Part shown: piece by piece, positions 11,682 through 25,344 of the stretch
How positions within the stretch are numbered: position 1 is the first letter of the stretch
How the letters are laid out: each line of letters starts with the position of its first letter
The notes under the pieces: model-generated
Told to the model about the DNA's origin: nothing
What the model saw: only the letters and a program-made list of their open reading frames with translations
Databases searched by the model: none
From: Octopus vulgaris
Lineage: Eukaryota
Assembly: GCA_951406725.2 (NCBI GenBank)
Contig: OX597816.1
Coordinates: 118,234,001 to 118,298,000, forward strand
DNA length: 64,000 nucleotides
Direction of reading: 5' to 3'
Translations under genes and position numbers: made by a program

Positions 11682-13188
11682 TATGAAAAGTGTTTCAAAA
11701 GATTTGAGCCCAAAATACTTCATGACATAACAGCAAAACAAGAATACTTGTATTTCAGTTTTATTTTTTTATTTTTCAAAAATTATACTATCAACTTCAA
11801 TACATTTTCATATCAATTACTGTTTACTGAATACCATCTAAATGGAACAATTTGTCCTTCTCAGCCAGCTACTGTTCTGTAGCTAATGGTAGTTCTTCTC
11901 TGAAGAAGAACTGTCCATCAAATAGTGTTTTAATTTGGAGGAAACAAGTAAAAATCACAAAGAGCATGTTCTAAAGAACATGCTGGGAGAGGCAGCACTT
12001 CAAAACTACATTCATACCCAAGCTGTGCAAACTGGTGCAGGGTTGTGAGGGAAAGCACTCCACATTCCATCATCATCAATTAATGTCCACTTTTTCCATG
12101 ATTGTATAGGTTGGATGGAGTTTATTTGAAGAAAAGTTTTCTACTACCAGATATTCATCCTGTTGCCAACCCTCACCTGTTTCCAAGCAAGGTAAGATTA
12201 TCCTCATGGCTAGCCAAGTTCTTAAAGAATATTGGAAATGAATGACACTGCTTGTATGAGTGATGTTTATTTACAATTATCACATGATGTCAAGACAAGG
12301 AGATACAAACACACACACACACAACAGGCTTCCATGCATCCACTCATAAGGCCTTGGTTAGCTCAGAGCCATAGTAGAAGACACATGCTTGTACCTCTTA
12401 ATACAATCTCATAGCTTCCATAGCAAATCAGTATAATAGGCACCCGTGACAGCATGTATTCAATTGACATTACACCCTTAAAGCCATAAAAGATGATTGT
12501 GCATAGTCTTAACTGCACTTGGTTGATTTTTTAAATTTCTTGAGTAGTGGAGAATCTTTGTGCTTCCACAGTTGGTATTGTTCTTTTGTCTTTGGACTGT
12601 AATAGTGGATCCACATATCTCCAGCTATTTATCACAACTCAAACAGATCCAGGCTCTCATTAATAAGCATGGGATTTTTCACAGAACATAACAAACACTC
12701 TGCTGCCCTTCAGTTTTTCAACCAGCATTCTTGGTACCCAACAAGTAGAATCTTCAACATGTTCAAACGTTCATGGATGATTTGATCAACTTCTGCCAAA
12801 CCAGTTCCCAGAGTATGATGAATCTTGTATAAAGCCACTCATCAATCTAAAGTCACTCAACAGCAATGGTATTTTCCTCAATGGTTCATCTTCAAAAGAC
12901 CTCCTCTCTTGATGACATACTCAGCAGCCCAACATCTGACCATTCCAAATGAATGATAGTCTTCAATGTACTCATTTTGCATGCAATCATAGATTTCCTG
13001 TAGTACAATTCAATAACAGCACAACAATTCCTGATCCCAACTGCTTCGATTTTTTATTGCTTCTGAAATGTAAATCACAACACATATATAAACAAAGTAT
13101 TATAATACAACAATGAAATTCAGCAATCATTTGAAATCACTATCAAAGAGATCACAGTTAGGCTCAAAAGTTTTGAACATCCCTTGTA
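11682..13188 (-). mobile_element. Decayed full-span mariner transposon interrupted by a SINE
   Basis: TIRs TATGAAAAGTGTTTCAAAAGATTTGAGCC and GGCTCAAAAGTTTTGAACATCCCTTGTA. Minus-strand remnants in the expected order: CWVPRML (about 12723-12745), GDMWIHYYSPKTK (about 12585-12625), CSLEHALCDFYLFP (about 11940-11985; YSPDLAPCDF-like), CIEVD (about 11790-11805). Confidence 0.85.
12068..12390 (-). mobile_element. A/RTE-tail SINE nested in the mariner relic
   Basis: CATCATCATC..TAATGTCCACTTTTTCCATG...CCAACCCTCACCTGTTTCCAAGCAAGG...ATAGTAGAAGACAC. Confidence 0.8.
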
Positions 13189-16100
13189 TTTTATCATCAC
13201 CATTGCCTTTTAAAATCTGCCTTTTCCATACTGGCATGGATTGCACAAAATTTACTGAAGCAATACTCTATGGTTGAATGCCCTTCCTGTTGTTGACACT
13301 TGCCTGTTTTACAAGTTTTTTTCTTTTTTCTTTTTATTCCACTGACCCTTACACATCGAAACCAGGAATAATAAAACAAATACAGTAAATAATACAAGAG
13401 TTTATTATTTACAGTAAACATAAATATAATTTCACTGTTGCCAGCAGTGTTAATGTGAAGAAACTTGAAAATAAGTATTCTCACATGCATGCACACACAA
13501 TCATGTACAGTTTCTATCTACCAACTGCATTCACAAGGCAGTTCAAAACTACAAGTGACACTTACCTGAAGTGCTATGTAGTGGGCATGAGGCCTAAAAC
13601 CAATTACAAAGCAAATTTCCTTGTCACACAGACACACACACAGAAGTAGGTTATATGATAAATGAGTCCATTAACTCATGAACATTAATGAATTCACATA
13701 TCAATACTGGGTTTAGGTAGAGGAAATATAAATATAAATCTACTTCTATACTGATACAGATTCAAACAAAATGATAGAAAAATATCCATGGGATATTCTC
13801 CACACATATGAAAGATGCATTAAATACAACCTCAAGACTCATTAATGTAAAAGCTGTTATCAAAATTTTGTGCTAACTTATGTACCAAACACTAGCTTGA
13901 TAAAAACAAAGTTATTCCACTAAATTCTTCATTATCTTTAGAATTAATTGCAATAAAGGAAGAATATTTCAACAGCAATAAGTAACAAAGTAATTAAATG
14001 AAGTGCCTTACTCAAGGACACAACATGCTACCTAATCCAAAAATCAAACCCATGATCATATGATTGCAAGCTGTACACTATAATCATTAAAGCTATGTGC
14101 TTTCATTACACAACACAATTCTAAAAATAAGCACAACAGAGACAACTTACACTTATCACAAATAGAAATAAATATAAAAATTTCCCTGACTGATGATAAA
14201 TAAAATTAACAATCTAATTCCAGTGATAATGTCAAAACCAATTTTACTGGCCCTACTGTGAAAATAGAAGAAACATATTCCAAACCAACTGCAATGGATT
14301 CATAAAAATATGAACAAGATCTTAAAGAGAAGTAAACCTATGACAGATGTGTTTTTAATATATGTGGGCATGAGCATACACGCACACACACACACCAATA
14401 TATTAAATGCTAATAAGAAACAATTATCATCATCATTATCATCACCAATATCTTGATCATTGTTTGAGCCAAGAGCAGCTGTCAAAACTGAAAGAGCATT
14501 TCTGGCAGATTGTCACTAACAATGCCCAGTAGCTAGAGCTAATGCTTTCAGGATAGACTAAAAAAAAAGTTAAACACCCAAAGTACTGATCTGACTTTGA
14601 CTTCATTAAAGATTAACTGAAATTGCCATTCATTAACTTACGAACAGGATCTCATCCCACTGACCTCATTCATCCAATTAACATTCACCTTGGCAATGGA
14701 TATTACACATGCATAACGAAATACTAAGTGGGGAAAATGAAAAGAAAAAAAAAGCAAAGCTATCTTGTAGATAATCTGGTGAAGAGGGAAAAAAGAAATA
14801 CATACAAAAAAGCAAGGATAATCTGGTAGTTTTGGTAAAGAGAGATTACCGTTGATACATTAATAAGAGCAATATACTATTAATAAATACTGGAAAAAAT
14901 AAATGATTGTAGGTGGAGACTAGCCTGGTAACCATGTGATCTACTGCAAGAAGTGAATCTGAATCAATATGTAAAATGACTACGCTACTGGTCATTATAC
15001 TTAATTGCTTATTAAGTGACCAAAAATCAATAATTGTCCATAACAGTAAGAATTTTTATAAAATTAGTTGGTGATAGGGAGTTGGTGATAGGGAGAAAAC
15101 AGTTTCAGCTATTATCACTGCTGTTAATCTCTAATTTTATCAGATGAGCTATGTTATTCTTCTTCCCCTCTTCCCTCTTTTCCTTTTTTCTTATCTCACA
15201 CCTTTTCACTTCAAATCAAATTAGGATAGATTAACAGACTGATTAATGTAAAGAGCTAAACTTTAACTATGTTATTTCCAAAAGAACTTTCAGATGTCTG
15301 GGGAGATATAGTAGAGTATGTAGGCTAAGGTTAATCTCTGCTTTTGATTATTACAGTAATGACTAACGAAAGTAGATTTCACACTAGCCATGATGTCAAC
15401 TCATAGAGGGTATATTAATGCCATATCACTCAAAACATTGATCCACTGAGAGAAGAGAAGTTTCCTGTCATGTACCTGCAAATAAAGCTTTTATCATTAT
15501 GTTTGATTTAATTTTTCTCTCTTGTGTTCTGGCAACACAGATAAATAATCGTTAATTCTATATCCTACTTTTAGTCCAAATTCATAGAGTAATGAAAATG
15601 TTTGTATTAGCTACCCACAGATATGAATCATTGTCATGGTCAGTTTAATCTCAAATTCCAATCTGGTGTTCTTGAAAAACACACAAATGGTTTTCCTAAT
15701 GATTTACATTTCATCAGATAATACACATTTTAAAACCCTGACAAGACTATAACTTAGTGCATTCAGAGTAAGTAAATATTTGTATCAGTATTAATATTTA
15801 CTTTGCAGACTTAGCCTATCTTTTAGTTGAATCTGCAGCTGAAAGAATTGCTATTTGTCAAGGTACAGTGACTAGTATCATTCATTTAAAAGATTAAATT
15901 TGTGGCAGTATTCCAAGCATTCCAAGAGTACCATTAAGAGTACCTGAGACAACATGAGCAATATAATATTGTCAGTTTAAAACAACATTGAATTGTAAGA
16001 GAGGGAGTTGAAAACATTCCTCTTTGACATCAAACTGAAAACCACTTTTCTTTAAAACAGATACATTATAAAATAATGCTTGCATATCAGCTTCTACAAC

Positions 16101-16426
16101 CTTTCTATGCTTAAGAAAGCACAAGGCTCTGACATCCAGCTAAGTACTTGACTGTACTTTAGTAGGAAAAAAATTGCTTCTTTGTGAAGACACTGAACTA
16201 TTTTCTAATTACTCAAAAACTTTTTTTTTAAATAGTGTGTTTAAACATATATCTATTTTAGCAGTATCAACTAGAGTATCACAAAAACTTTTCCATTACG
16301 GAAATGGAAAATGACGACAATGGTGAAGATAAATACACCCAAAGCTGTGTGGTAAAACTTATTAATTGTATCAAGGAGCTATAAAGTAATAACAGAGAGA
16401 ATTAATAAGTAAATTCAAATACTCAC

Positions 16427-16521
16427 ATTAAAGCACCATCTGTTATACTCTGACATCCTCTCAGACTCAAAGATTTTAAAAACCCACCACATCGTTTAGA
16501 AATATGTTCAACAACTGGACC
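16427..16521 (-). CDS. FBXL20: FBXL2/FBXL20-like exon (first LRR), 95 nt
   Basis: GPVVEHISKRCGGFLKSLSLRGCQSITDGAL(M). Acceptor ttccAG, donor GTgag; phase 0 to 2. Confidence 0.97.
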
Positions 16522-16574
16522 CTGGAATTAGAATAATGAAACATTTTAAAACACTAATAGATCAATATGCATGT

Positions 16575-16740
16575 GTAGGTGCAATACAGCCAAATGGTTA
16601 AGTTTGCTTCACAACCGTAAGGTCCCAGGTTCAATCCCATTGAGCAGCATATTGGCAAATGTCATTTACTATATGATAGTCTTGAGCTGACCCCTATCTT
16701 GGGAGTGAAACTGAGTAGGTGGAAACTGTATGGAAGCCAG
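16575..16740 (+). mobile_element. Family A SINE head, degraded
   Basis: GTTAAGTTTGCTTCACAACC...CAGGTTCAATCCCA...TTGGCAAATGTC...GTAGGTGGAAACTG. Confidence 0.6.
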
Positions 16741-18184
16741 CTGGGGGTATGGTGTAGTGAACCTTTAATTCAAAATGTACAGCCTTGTCTTATGGTGATT
16801 CCACTTGAGAATTACTTTGAGTACACAGGTCTGTGGAATGCTTGACCAGTTATATGTTAATTCAGGAGCAGGTAATTTAGTTGACCAAACAAATGAATCC
16901 TCATAGTTGAGAGGCAGAGCTCCACCACCTCCACCACCACCATTTCTCCATATGTTTATATGCATGTGTGTGTGAATCTACAAACAAGGGGGGGAAAATA
17001 TTCACCAAAAGGAAAAAACCTCGCAGAAAGTAACCATTTTAAAGTTTTATCAGTTACACACACATTCCTAATACCAAAAGGTATTTTATGCACTGATTTC
17101 TTTTTCAGCTACCTTCTTATCAATCTGTGCGTGAGAGAGAGTGAGCTTGTATGTGTGTGCATGCATACACATTCACCACATGCATGCATGAGCATGTGAT
17201 GAGAAAAAAATGCTCAGGGGTTCTATCTACTTCTTGATCTCCTGTGAGGACTGAGTGTGTTATCTGTATTATTATTATTATTATTATTATTATAAAACAC
17301 AAATTAACAATAAATACAGTTAAAAGAGCGACTGAGATTGTCTAAAATGTCTTTTAGAATTTATAACCATTATAAACAACTTCCCGTTGTCTTTCATATT
17401 TTAAAACTTTCGTGAACATCTTGGACACAGGTGTTTTCTCAGTGTACTTTGTCACACTGTTTTCACTAATCATATAGAATAATTATTTCTACTGATTAAA
17501 AGTACAATACAATAATACTTGTGATAAGAGTTTGAGCTAAGGCCTTTCACAAATATCAAGAATATCTTTGCCAAAAGATGTTAGAAAGTGATAATTTGTT
17601 TTGTAGTATGTCAGACAATTTAAAAAAAAAAAGAGAAATTTTGTCATATAACATAAAGAAAGAGACTCAGAGAAAAAAAGAAACTTAATTTAAAAATTAA
17701 TAATATAGAAAGTTAAATGTGCTTCGGAGTTAAAAGACATTATGCAGCAAAGGTTACTATTGAAAAAAAGGTAGTAATAACAACAGCTAAATGTATTGAG
17801 AGTAAAAGAGTAGCACGCTGATGAGACAGTGTAGATAAGAACATCTAAGTAGAGTGATTAAGAAGAAGAAAAAAAATATCACATACACCTAAGTAACATA
17901 AATGTGCATTTGGTTAGGAGAAAACTCCATTGTGAAAAACTGACATTAAACCACTGAAAATACCTAACAGTAATCCTTTTACTACTGACAAAACTAATCA
18001 ATTCAACATCAGGTATAAGAACGGAAAACATTTGTTCTCGTCTACTCATCATCTTCCTTCTTTCCTCCAACTACTTGGGCTGTCATCAGTAATTAGGTTT
18101 GTTCTCTCCTTAAATGGTGTCTTGCTTCTCTACATTCATTTGCTGTTTACTTGTATGTATATGCCTGTACAGCTGTATGTTTAA

Positions 18185-18562
18185 GATGTTCGCATACCAA
18201 TCATGCAGTTTTGAAATCAGTTGCAATGCATGGCACCTTAGGCAAGTGTCTTCTACAAAAGCCCTGGGCCAACCAAAGTCTTATCAGCTGATGTGGTAGA
18301 CAGAAAATGCAACAAGCCTGTGTCATGCATGCCTGTATTCACCTCTTCATTTTGACATCATGTGATAGTTGTAAGCAAGTGTCACCATTTTATGAGTGGT
18401 GCCATTCATTTCCAATCTTCTGCAAAAACATGTCTGATGTCATAGAGAAATATTACCTTACTTGGAATCAAGTGAGAGTTGATGACAGAAAGGACATCTA
18501 ATTACAGAAAATCTGCCTCAACAAATTCTGCCTGACACATGCAATTATGGAAAAATGGACAT
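18185..18562 (+). mobile_element. A/RTE-tail SINE
   Basis: GGCACCTTAGGCAAGTGTCTTCTAC...CCTTACTTGGAATCAAGTGAGAGTTGATGACAG...ATGGAAAAATGGACAT. Confidence 0.8.
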
Positions 18563-19005
18563 GGTGGTGGTGGTGGTGGCAGCAACAGTGGTAGTGATCT
18601 ATGCAGCCATGATTTCTTTTTTATATCTCTCCCTCTTAGAAACAAGACTCCCTGTCATTGATATTGTGAGAAAGACAATATCAGCAGTTTCAGAATGAAA
18701 AGAATTGCTATCTTTTCAGTCATATGACCTTATGATGGTCAAACCTCATCAAATCAACAAAGGGAAGGAAATTACATGGACCATGATACCATTATATATG
18801 AATCTCCGTAGTTAAATATTAACCTCAGGTACAGACATTTGCAAAGACTGAGTGACAAAATAATTTCTCCAATTTATCCATTTGTTATTAAGATTATAAA
18901 ATTGTATTAAAAAAAGACATTCAATAAAAACAAAGTTAATAGTCAAAACAACTTTATAAACAATAAAGAACAACTCATCTTGAACTTTTAAATGTCATCT
19001 ATCTA

Positions 19006-19198
19006 TTAACACTTTAGCCATAATATTCTACCCATTTTACAACAAGCTGGCCAGATCCAGCCTCTCAGCAAAGCTATTCTAGAAATAAGTTAACATCACT
19101 CAACTCTCAAAACTACAAGATAATACATGATTAATTCAGAAAACATGAATGAATACGTATTATACTTGACAGAACATTCTGAATGCTTAACGGTTTAA
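19006..19198 (+). mobile_element. piggyBac-like MITE (family D)
   Basis: TTAACACTTTAGC...CTGGCCAGATCCAGCCTCTC...CTGAATGCTTAACGGTTTAA. Confidence 0.7.
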
Positions 19199-19367
19199 GC
19201 ATGGCACTAACAGAATTAGTTCTATATTGGTTGTTAACAATAATGTTTGTGACTGCAGCTACATAACAGAGACTGGTTTAGAGAGTAACTAGCAGTAAAT
19301 ATACTAATATACAGATGGTGAGGAAAAAATGTATGTAAATATGACGTCATTATAACCCATGATTTAG

Positions 19368-19587
19368 AGGCAGTGAACTGGCAGAAATGCTAGCCCACGG
19401 GGCAAAATGCTTGATGGCATTTCATCTGTCTTTATGTTTGAGTTCAAATTCCACCAATGTGGAATTTACCTTTCATCCTTTCAGAGTCAATAGAGTAAGT
19501 ACCAGTTGAGTACTGAGGTTGATATACCAATACAATCGACTTGACTCCTCCACCAAAATTGCTGGCCTTGTCCTAAAAATTTGAAAC
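19368..19587 (+). mobile_element. tRNA-derived SINE (family B)
   Basis: GGCAGTGAACTGGCAGAAATGCTAGC...GAGTTCAAATTCC...CCTTTCATCCTTTC...AAGTACCAGTTGAGTACTG...GGCCTTGT. Confidence 0.85.
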
Positions 19588-20329
19588 TACCGTATCCCAT
19601 GATTTTATATTATGTAAAATGAAATAAAAAAAAAACAACTAGTGATTTTGTAACAATAAAAAATAAAAAGAAAAGGAAGGACACCAATAGCTTCTTTTCC
19701 CCTTTCTCCTAACATGTATGCATCGTTGGCAGTAAAATATCTCAAACTTTTGATTATAAATTCTGCTCATTTATGTTTGAAAGCCATGTACTGATTCCAG
19801 TACATACATGTGCTAGAATACAATGTCATTTTCCATGATGTTATCACAGTTGTGTTGGAGGATTAACAAGGTAACAGACAAAATGAGGAGAGAACCATGA
19901 TGGTGATGTAGAGGAAATAAGCTGGATACAGAATTTGCTTCTGGCCACAGCAATTACACCAGAACAGAGAATATAACCAACAACAAGTGAAGCTGTCTAT
20001 TATATTGAGAACATGATTATGAATCAAACTAGTACAATTTTCGGTATCCTTAGATACTTTTCAGATTTGCTATATTAGTTACATGTTCTATGAATACAAT
20101 AAATTTCTCCTGAGACAAACCAGGAGAATTTAAAGAAGGTAAAAATCCTGGTAGTCTGCTTCTTGAGTATATGGTTTTCTTACACTTTCCTTTCAACACC
20201 AAACTTCACAATAAGATTGAATGTTTATTTACAATTATATCACATACTCTAAGAAAAGAGATATATTTAATTGGTGAAATTAGTATTTAGGATTCTAGTG
20301 TTAAAACAACATATATACACACACAAGTG

Positions 20330-20615
20330 AAGGTGCATGGTCTAGAGGTTAGGATGTTGCACTCACAATCTTGCAATTGCGATTTCAATTCTCAGACTAG
20401 CAGCACATTGTGTTCTTGAACAAAACACTTCATTCCACATTGTTCTAGTCCACTCAAGTGTAAATGAGTAACACTACAATGGACTGGTGTTCCATTCAGC
20501 CTGCCCACCTAGCCAGTGGGGTGGCATCATTCAAAAGCTGCAGCAAGACAAAGAAGCGCATTGTGACCAGTGGTGCATAACATCATCTGATGGTCTGGTT
20601 CATACAATGAGATAT
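20330..20615 (+). mobile_element. tRNA-derived CORE-like SINE (family F)
   Basis: tRNA-like head followed by TTGTGTTCTTGAACAAAACACTT...TCCACTCA..TGTAAATGAGTA; homologous heads at 35545-35889, 48405-48625 and 9260-9370 (minus). Confidence 0.7.
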
Positions 20616-21468
20616 GTAATACCAAAAACAGAACGTTGCTGGTGGTCAGCATTTCCATGTTCTACAATCAGTTCATTACCTATTATCAGTTCATTTCTGT
20701 TGATTCCACAGTCCAGGAAGGAATATTCTCCTATTGTATCTACAGTAATATCTACAATTAATTACAATTACTTGGTGTCCCTAAAGTTCAAACACTGAAC
20801 TTACAATATTCCAGAATCATGCTGAATGTGTTGATATTAAATTGCATTCCATTTTTCTTATTATTCTTCTTTTCTCTTACTTTAAGTTATTACATTTCAA
20901 TAGAAAATATTTCGGTAATATAACCATTGTGTGACCTTATTTTTAATGAAATACACTGCCTATGTATGTGTTTCCATTAGTAATGAAACTAACACTTAAC
21001 TTCCTGTATGGCAGTACCACATGGAACTGCATTGGTCAGGCACATATGAATTACATGATATCACAAGGGTCATATTAATCTTGTTTACATATATTTTGAA
21101 GGAAATAAAAAAACTCTCGATCGTAAGGTGTTGAGAAAACTCAAATGTTTCTTTTATCATTCATTTCTAATCTGTAGCAAAATCATAACAGGGCTGGGTT
21201 TCTGACTTCAAAAATTTTCAACAGGATGTAAAGAGTTAAACAAGTATCAAGAGGGATTTAATAAAATGCCTAAATTTTTCATTAAACTGCTGCTTGGAAC
21301 ATAAAATTAAAATGGAGGGTTAAAACTTCAAAAATGCGTGTTTTGAAGCAGGAAGTTTTCAACCAGAGGATCAAAGCCAGTTGCTGGCAGATTGGCAACA
21401 AATATGGTCTAAAGTTATACATAAAAACAATACAAAAAGAAAATTTAATAATTCATACAAGGATTTAC

Positions 21469-21543
21469 CTCAATAGCTAACTGGAAATCAAAAAGATCAA
21501 CTCTCTGCCAGTTACTTCCATCAAGTGCAAGAACATTCCAATA
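21469..21543 (-). CDS. FBXL20: FBXL2/FBXL20-like exon (end of F-box), 75 nt
   Basis: YWNVLALDGSNWQRVDLFDFQLAIE. Acceptor tttacAG, donor GTaaa; phase 0 to 0. Confidence 0.97.
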
Positions 21544-21660
21544 CTGTAAAAGAGAGAATGGTGTGTATATATACATATATATATATTGGATAATAAAATG
21601 AATGGTTTACACCTGGTAGCTTACTGGTAAAGCACAGTCACTTTCGGAATGATCTTTAGG

Positions 21661-22152
21661 TATATAGCAAATGGAAGATGGGATATATGAGCATTTATTA
21701 ATGACAACAATTGCTTCGACACATCTAGCATCACTCCTTCATGGGTGGGACACTCAACAATTGGTTCAAGAGCATCTGGTGGTGCAGATGTATCTTGTCA
21801 GATAATAAATAGATACAACTCGCTGAAATAACAGTTCTGCAATGTAAATTCTCATTCTGTAGAAAGAAAAACAGCCAGACGGAGGAAATTTCTTCATTTA
21901 TATAGAAGATCAAAAATAATATTTCCTCCGTCCAGCTGTTTTTCTTTCTACAAAACAAGTTACATTGCGGAACTGTTGTTTTAATGAGTTGTATCTATTT
22001 ATTATCTGACGAGATACATCTGCACCGCTGGATGCTCCTGAACCAGTTGTTGAGTGTCCCACCCATGAGGGATCAATGCTAGATGTGTTGAAACAATTGT
22101 CATGATTAATAATAAATTCTCATATATTCCATCTTCCATTTGCCAAATATAT
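21661..22152. mobile_element. Penelope-like remnant forming a long foldback (arms 21667-21889 and 21921-22143)
   Basis: Inverted repeat of about 223 bp per arm, roughly 85-90% identical by eye, with a 31-nt spacer; abuts (TA)n; hammerhead motif in each arm. Confidence 0.75.
22001..22106 (+). ncRNA. Type I hammerhead ribozyme (Penelope-type) with intact core
   Basis: Stem I ATTAT (22001-22005) with ATGAT (22102-22106). Core CTGACGA at 22006-22012. Stem II GATACATCT with AGATGTGTT. GAAA at 22090-22093. Palindromic stem III ACAATTGT. GTC triplet at 22099-22101. Confidence 0.75.
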
Positions 22153-23924
22153 ATATATATAGATATATATATATATATATATATAAATAGAGCATAAAAC
22201 TTCTTCAAATATATACCAGTTATGGTTGGCATCAATTAATGTTATAAACAGAGACAGCTATAATTTGACAATAGTAAAGAGAGTAGAAAGGAACAAAGTG
22301 AAATATAGAAATGGGAAGTGTATATTGTGTGCGTGTGTGTGCACGCATGTGTGCATGTGCACACACACACAAGTATATGGGGATAAATTATCCAAGCAGG
22401 TACTGTATGAGCATGCAGTTATACTCTGGGTTTCAGCTAACCGCATCAAGTAGTAAGAAGCACCTAGGCTTACTTAGGGTGAGCAATCTCACTATAATTC
22501 ATCCGATGGGTAAATCCTAGGTTCACTTCTTTTCACAGTGACATCTGCAAATCTTCCCCTGGCTTTTGTACCTTTGAAGATATGCACTTTAAAAAAAAAT
22601 CCCTTGTTTGAAAAACAGGTAAGGCTTACTGACAGAAATGGTTTCCAGCTGTAAAACAATGTATCAATAATATGTTCATCTAACTCATGCTAACATGAGA
22701 AAATGGACATAAAATAATTTATAAAAGCGATCCTCCACAACCCTGCCCCCATCCCCCAAAAAAACATCATTAAATTGCTATCCCAAAGAGCTACTAGCAA
22801 AAGTCTTAAGTAATTCTCCTCACAAGGTGAATAACCAACGAACCTCATATATTTTTAACAGTATAGGCTGTAAGGATAATTGGTATCTGAGTAGAATTAT
22901 TGGAATTCCTTCCAACCAACAGTTCCAGTCAGGAAAAGAATAGCATTTTGTGTGTGTGAATGAGAAGGAGAGAGAGAGAGAGTGTGTGTGTGTAAGATAG
23001 ATAGATTGATAAATAGATAGATGGGGAGAGAGATAGGGAGGAAAAGTAAAAACAAAATAGTCATGAAACAAATGAAAATATATATTAGGGACAAAGAAGC
23101 TATATAAAGCCAGATAGTAACAGGTTTAATAATTTATATTATTACCCTGTAGCATTCCCACCTTTTGCATTCAAAGATCACATTCCCTACCAGGCAGGTT
23201 AATACTTTTAGGTCAGATAAAGTATTTGACCCTTTTAATACTGATAGTGCTGAAATATTCTTTATGAACTCTTTTGTTACTATATTTCTGTTGAGTCAAT
23301 TAATTTTGAAACTAAAAAAGATATTGGGGTAGGGTGTGGGGAAACATGGTCTCCCAATATTGGAAGTTTTATTGAACTATCCTATCCATGCCAGCATGAA
23401 AAGCAGACATAAGATCATGATGATGAGGATGAGGATGATAATGATGATGAAATTGACAATGCTTGTAAGCCAATAAATTCAGTATGAATGGCTGATATGA
23501 TTTTAAAATTTGATTCTAAATATTAAAGTAGTAAACTAGATGACTTCCACTGTTATAGAAGCCATAGAGATCAGGCCAGAAAAATCCTGCTGTAATCCAG
23601 TACTGCCATGTAACACGTGCTATGTAACCCAGTACTACTTGTTTCATGGTAAAGTGGTCAGAGATTAAACTGGCTTCCCCACCAGGTAAATTTTGAAAAT
23701 AACGAAAGGTTGAGCAAAATAACTGAAATTATCAAACCGATATTTGGAACATAAATTAACATGGACTTTTGGTGGTAGGTTTTAGTTTAGGAAGTTTGTG
23801 TCATAAAACCACAGGCAGCCTTGGGCAACTTGGTGTCGAAAAGGCTAAACTAAAATTTCATTGAATGCAATTTCATTTGGTCAACTGAAACAACAGACTA
23901 ATGTGTAAAGTAACAAATATTTTA

Positions 23925-24140
23925 GTAACCCTTTAACATTTAAACCAGTTATATCCAGCCAAAATATTTGACTGGTTTTATGTTCAAACTGGACAGATCT
24001 GACTTCTCACACCTATCCTACAATGTCATTACAAAAATAAACAATTACATCATTGAAATCTTGAAGTTATGAGGCATGATTAATTCAAAACAATGTGACT
24101 GGACAAGTATTACAAAATAATCTGAATGCTAAAGGGTTAA
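23925..24140 (+). mobile_element. piggyBac-like MITE (family D)
   Basis: GTAACCCTTTAACATT ... AATGCTAAAGGGTTAA terminal inverted repeats. Confidence 0.8.
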
Positions 24141-25344
24141 ACTTGCCCAAAGTGTTGATTATAATAGTAGACTACATGTTAGACATATAAGCAGGCAACT
24201 TGTCACAAATATGGGGAGGCAACTTGTTAGAAATATAACCTCAAGAAGATTAATTACAGCTCTGTAGATGTTTTGGTCCCTTCCAACCACGATACCAGAA
24301 CTGCCTAGGGCCACCAACGGATGTAGGTGACAAAACTGCCACAGAAAAGAACAGGCTTCGTTGAGCCAGATGGTGTGGCTCTGGGCCAGATTGTTTCTAT
24401 CATTTTCAATGCTTGTTCTTATTGCAGCTCTCATCCTGTCACTTGAGCCAGATGTGATGTCTTGCTTTCTCAGAGGCTTCCAAAAACTTCCTAGCAACAT
24501 CTTTTGTTTTCTTCACAGCTACTCCAAAATGTTCAACCAGATAAAAATAGTAGCTAAATCTCCATTAAATCACAGTCTGCTATCACATAAAAGGAGATTG
24601 CATTAGATAAAGTAATCCTAGATACTCCTAAAAATAATGTCTGCTTGATTAAGGTTGGTTTGCAGATAAAACAACACATTTTAATTGGGTATGATATTGC
24701 CCAAGACATAATAATTTTTTTATTAATTATTTTAATCAAAAATTGGTTGAGTTATTTTATGTAGGAAATTTTATTTTATATCAATATTTTATTGATATAT
24801 ACAAAACAAAGTCAATTCATGAAATACTTTAGTGTTTAAAGTTTATTGTGGGTTTTTATGGAGTGATTATTCTTACTGGATGCTTTCTCTCCCTCTCTCT
24901 CTAAGCTTCTGGTATTTTTTAATAGGGATATGACTATGTCTCCAAAGAGGGACACACTCAAATTCATGTGCAGACATGCATACATGAATGAACCAACAAG
25001 GGAACTCCATGCAGAAATTGCATCCAAATATCCAACAAATCACAATAAGTGTTTTTCACTTTAAAAAAGAGAAGAGCACATAACATAATGCTATTCCTAA
25101 TAAGACAAAATGGCTAAGACAGGAATACCTTTGATTGTTGGCCTGTTAGATCAGAGTTAAGCTAGGCAAGATAACAACACCACAGACAAATAAACAAACA
25201 GCACTGTAGGCTGGTACTGAAAATTTTTTATGGGAAAGACATGGACTCCACAATATAGTGGGCATGAGAAGATGACTGCTGCAAGCCTGGAGATGGGGTG
25301 GAGATAGCAAACATATCTGGTGAAGCAAGACTCAAACTAGGTAC

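Noticed and set aside
24159-24606. 113-aa and 81-aa ORFs in a GC-richer patch
   Set aside because: No recognisable domain or splice context; probably an unclassified repeat relic.
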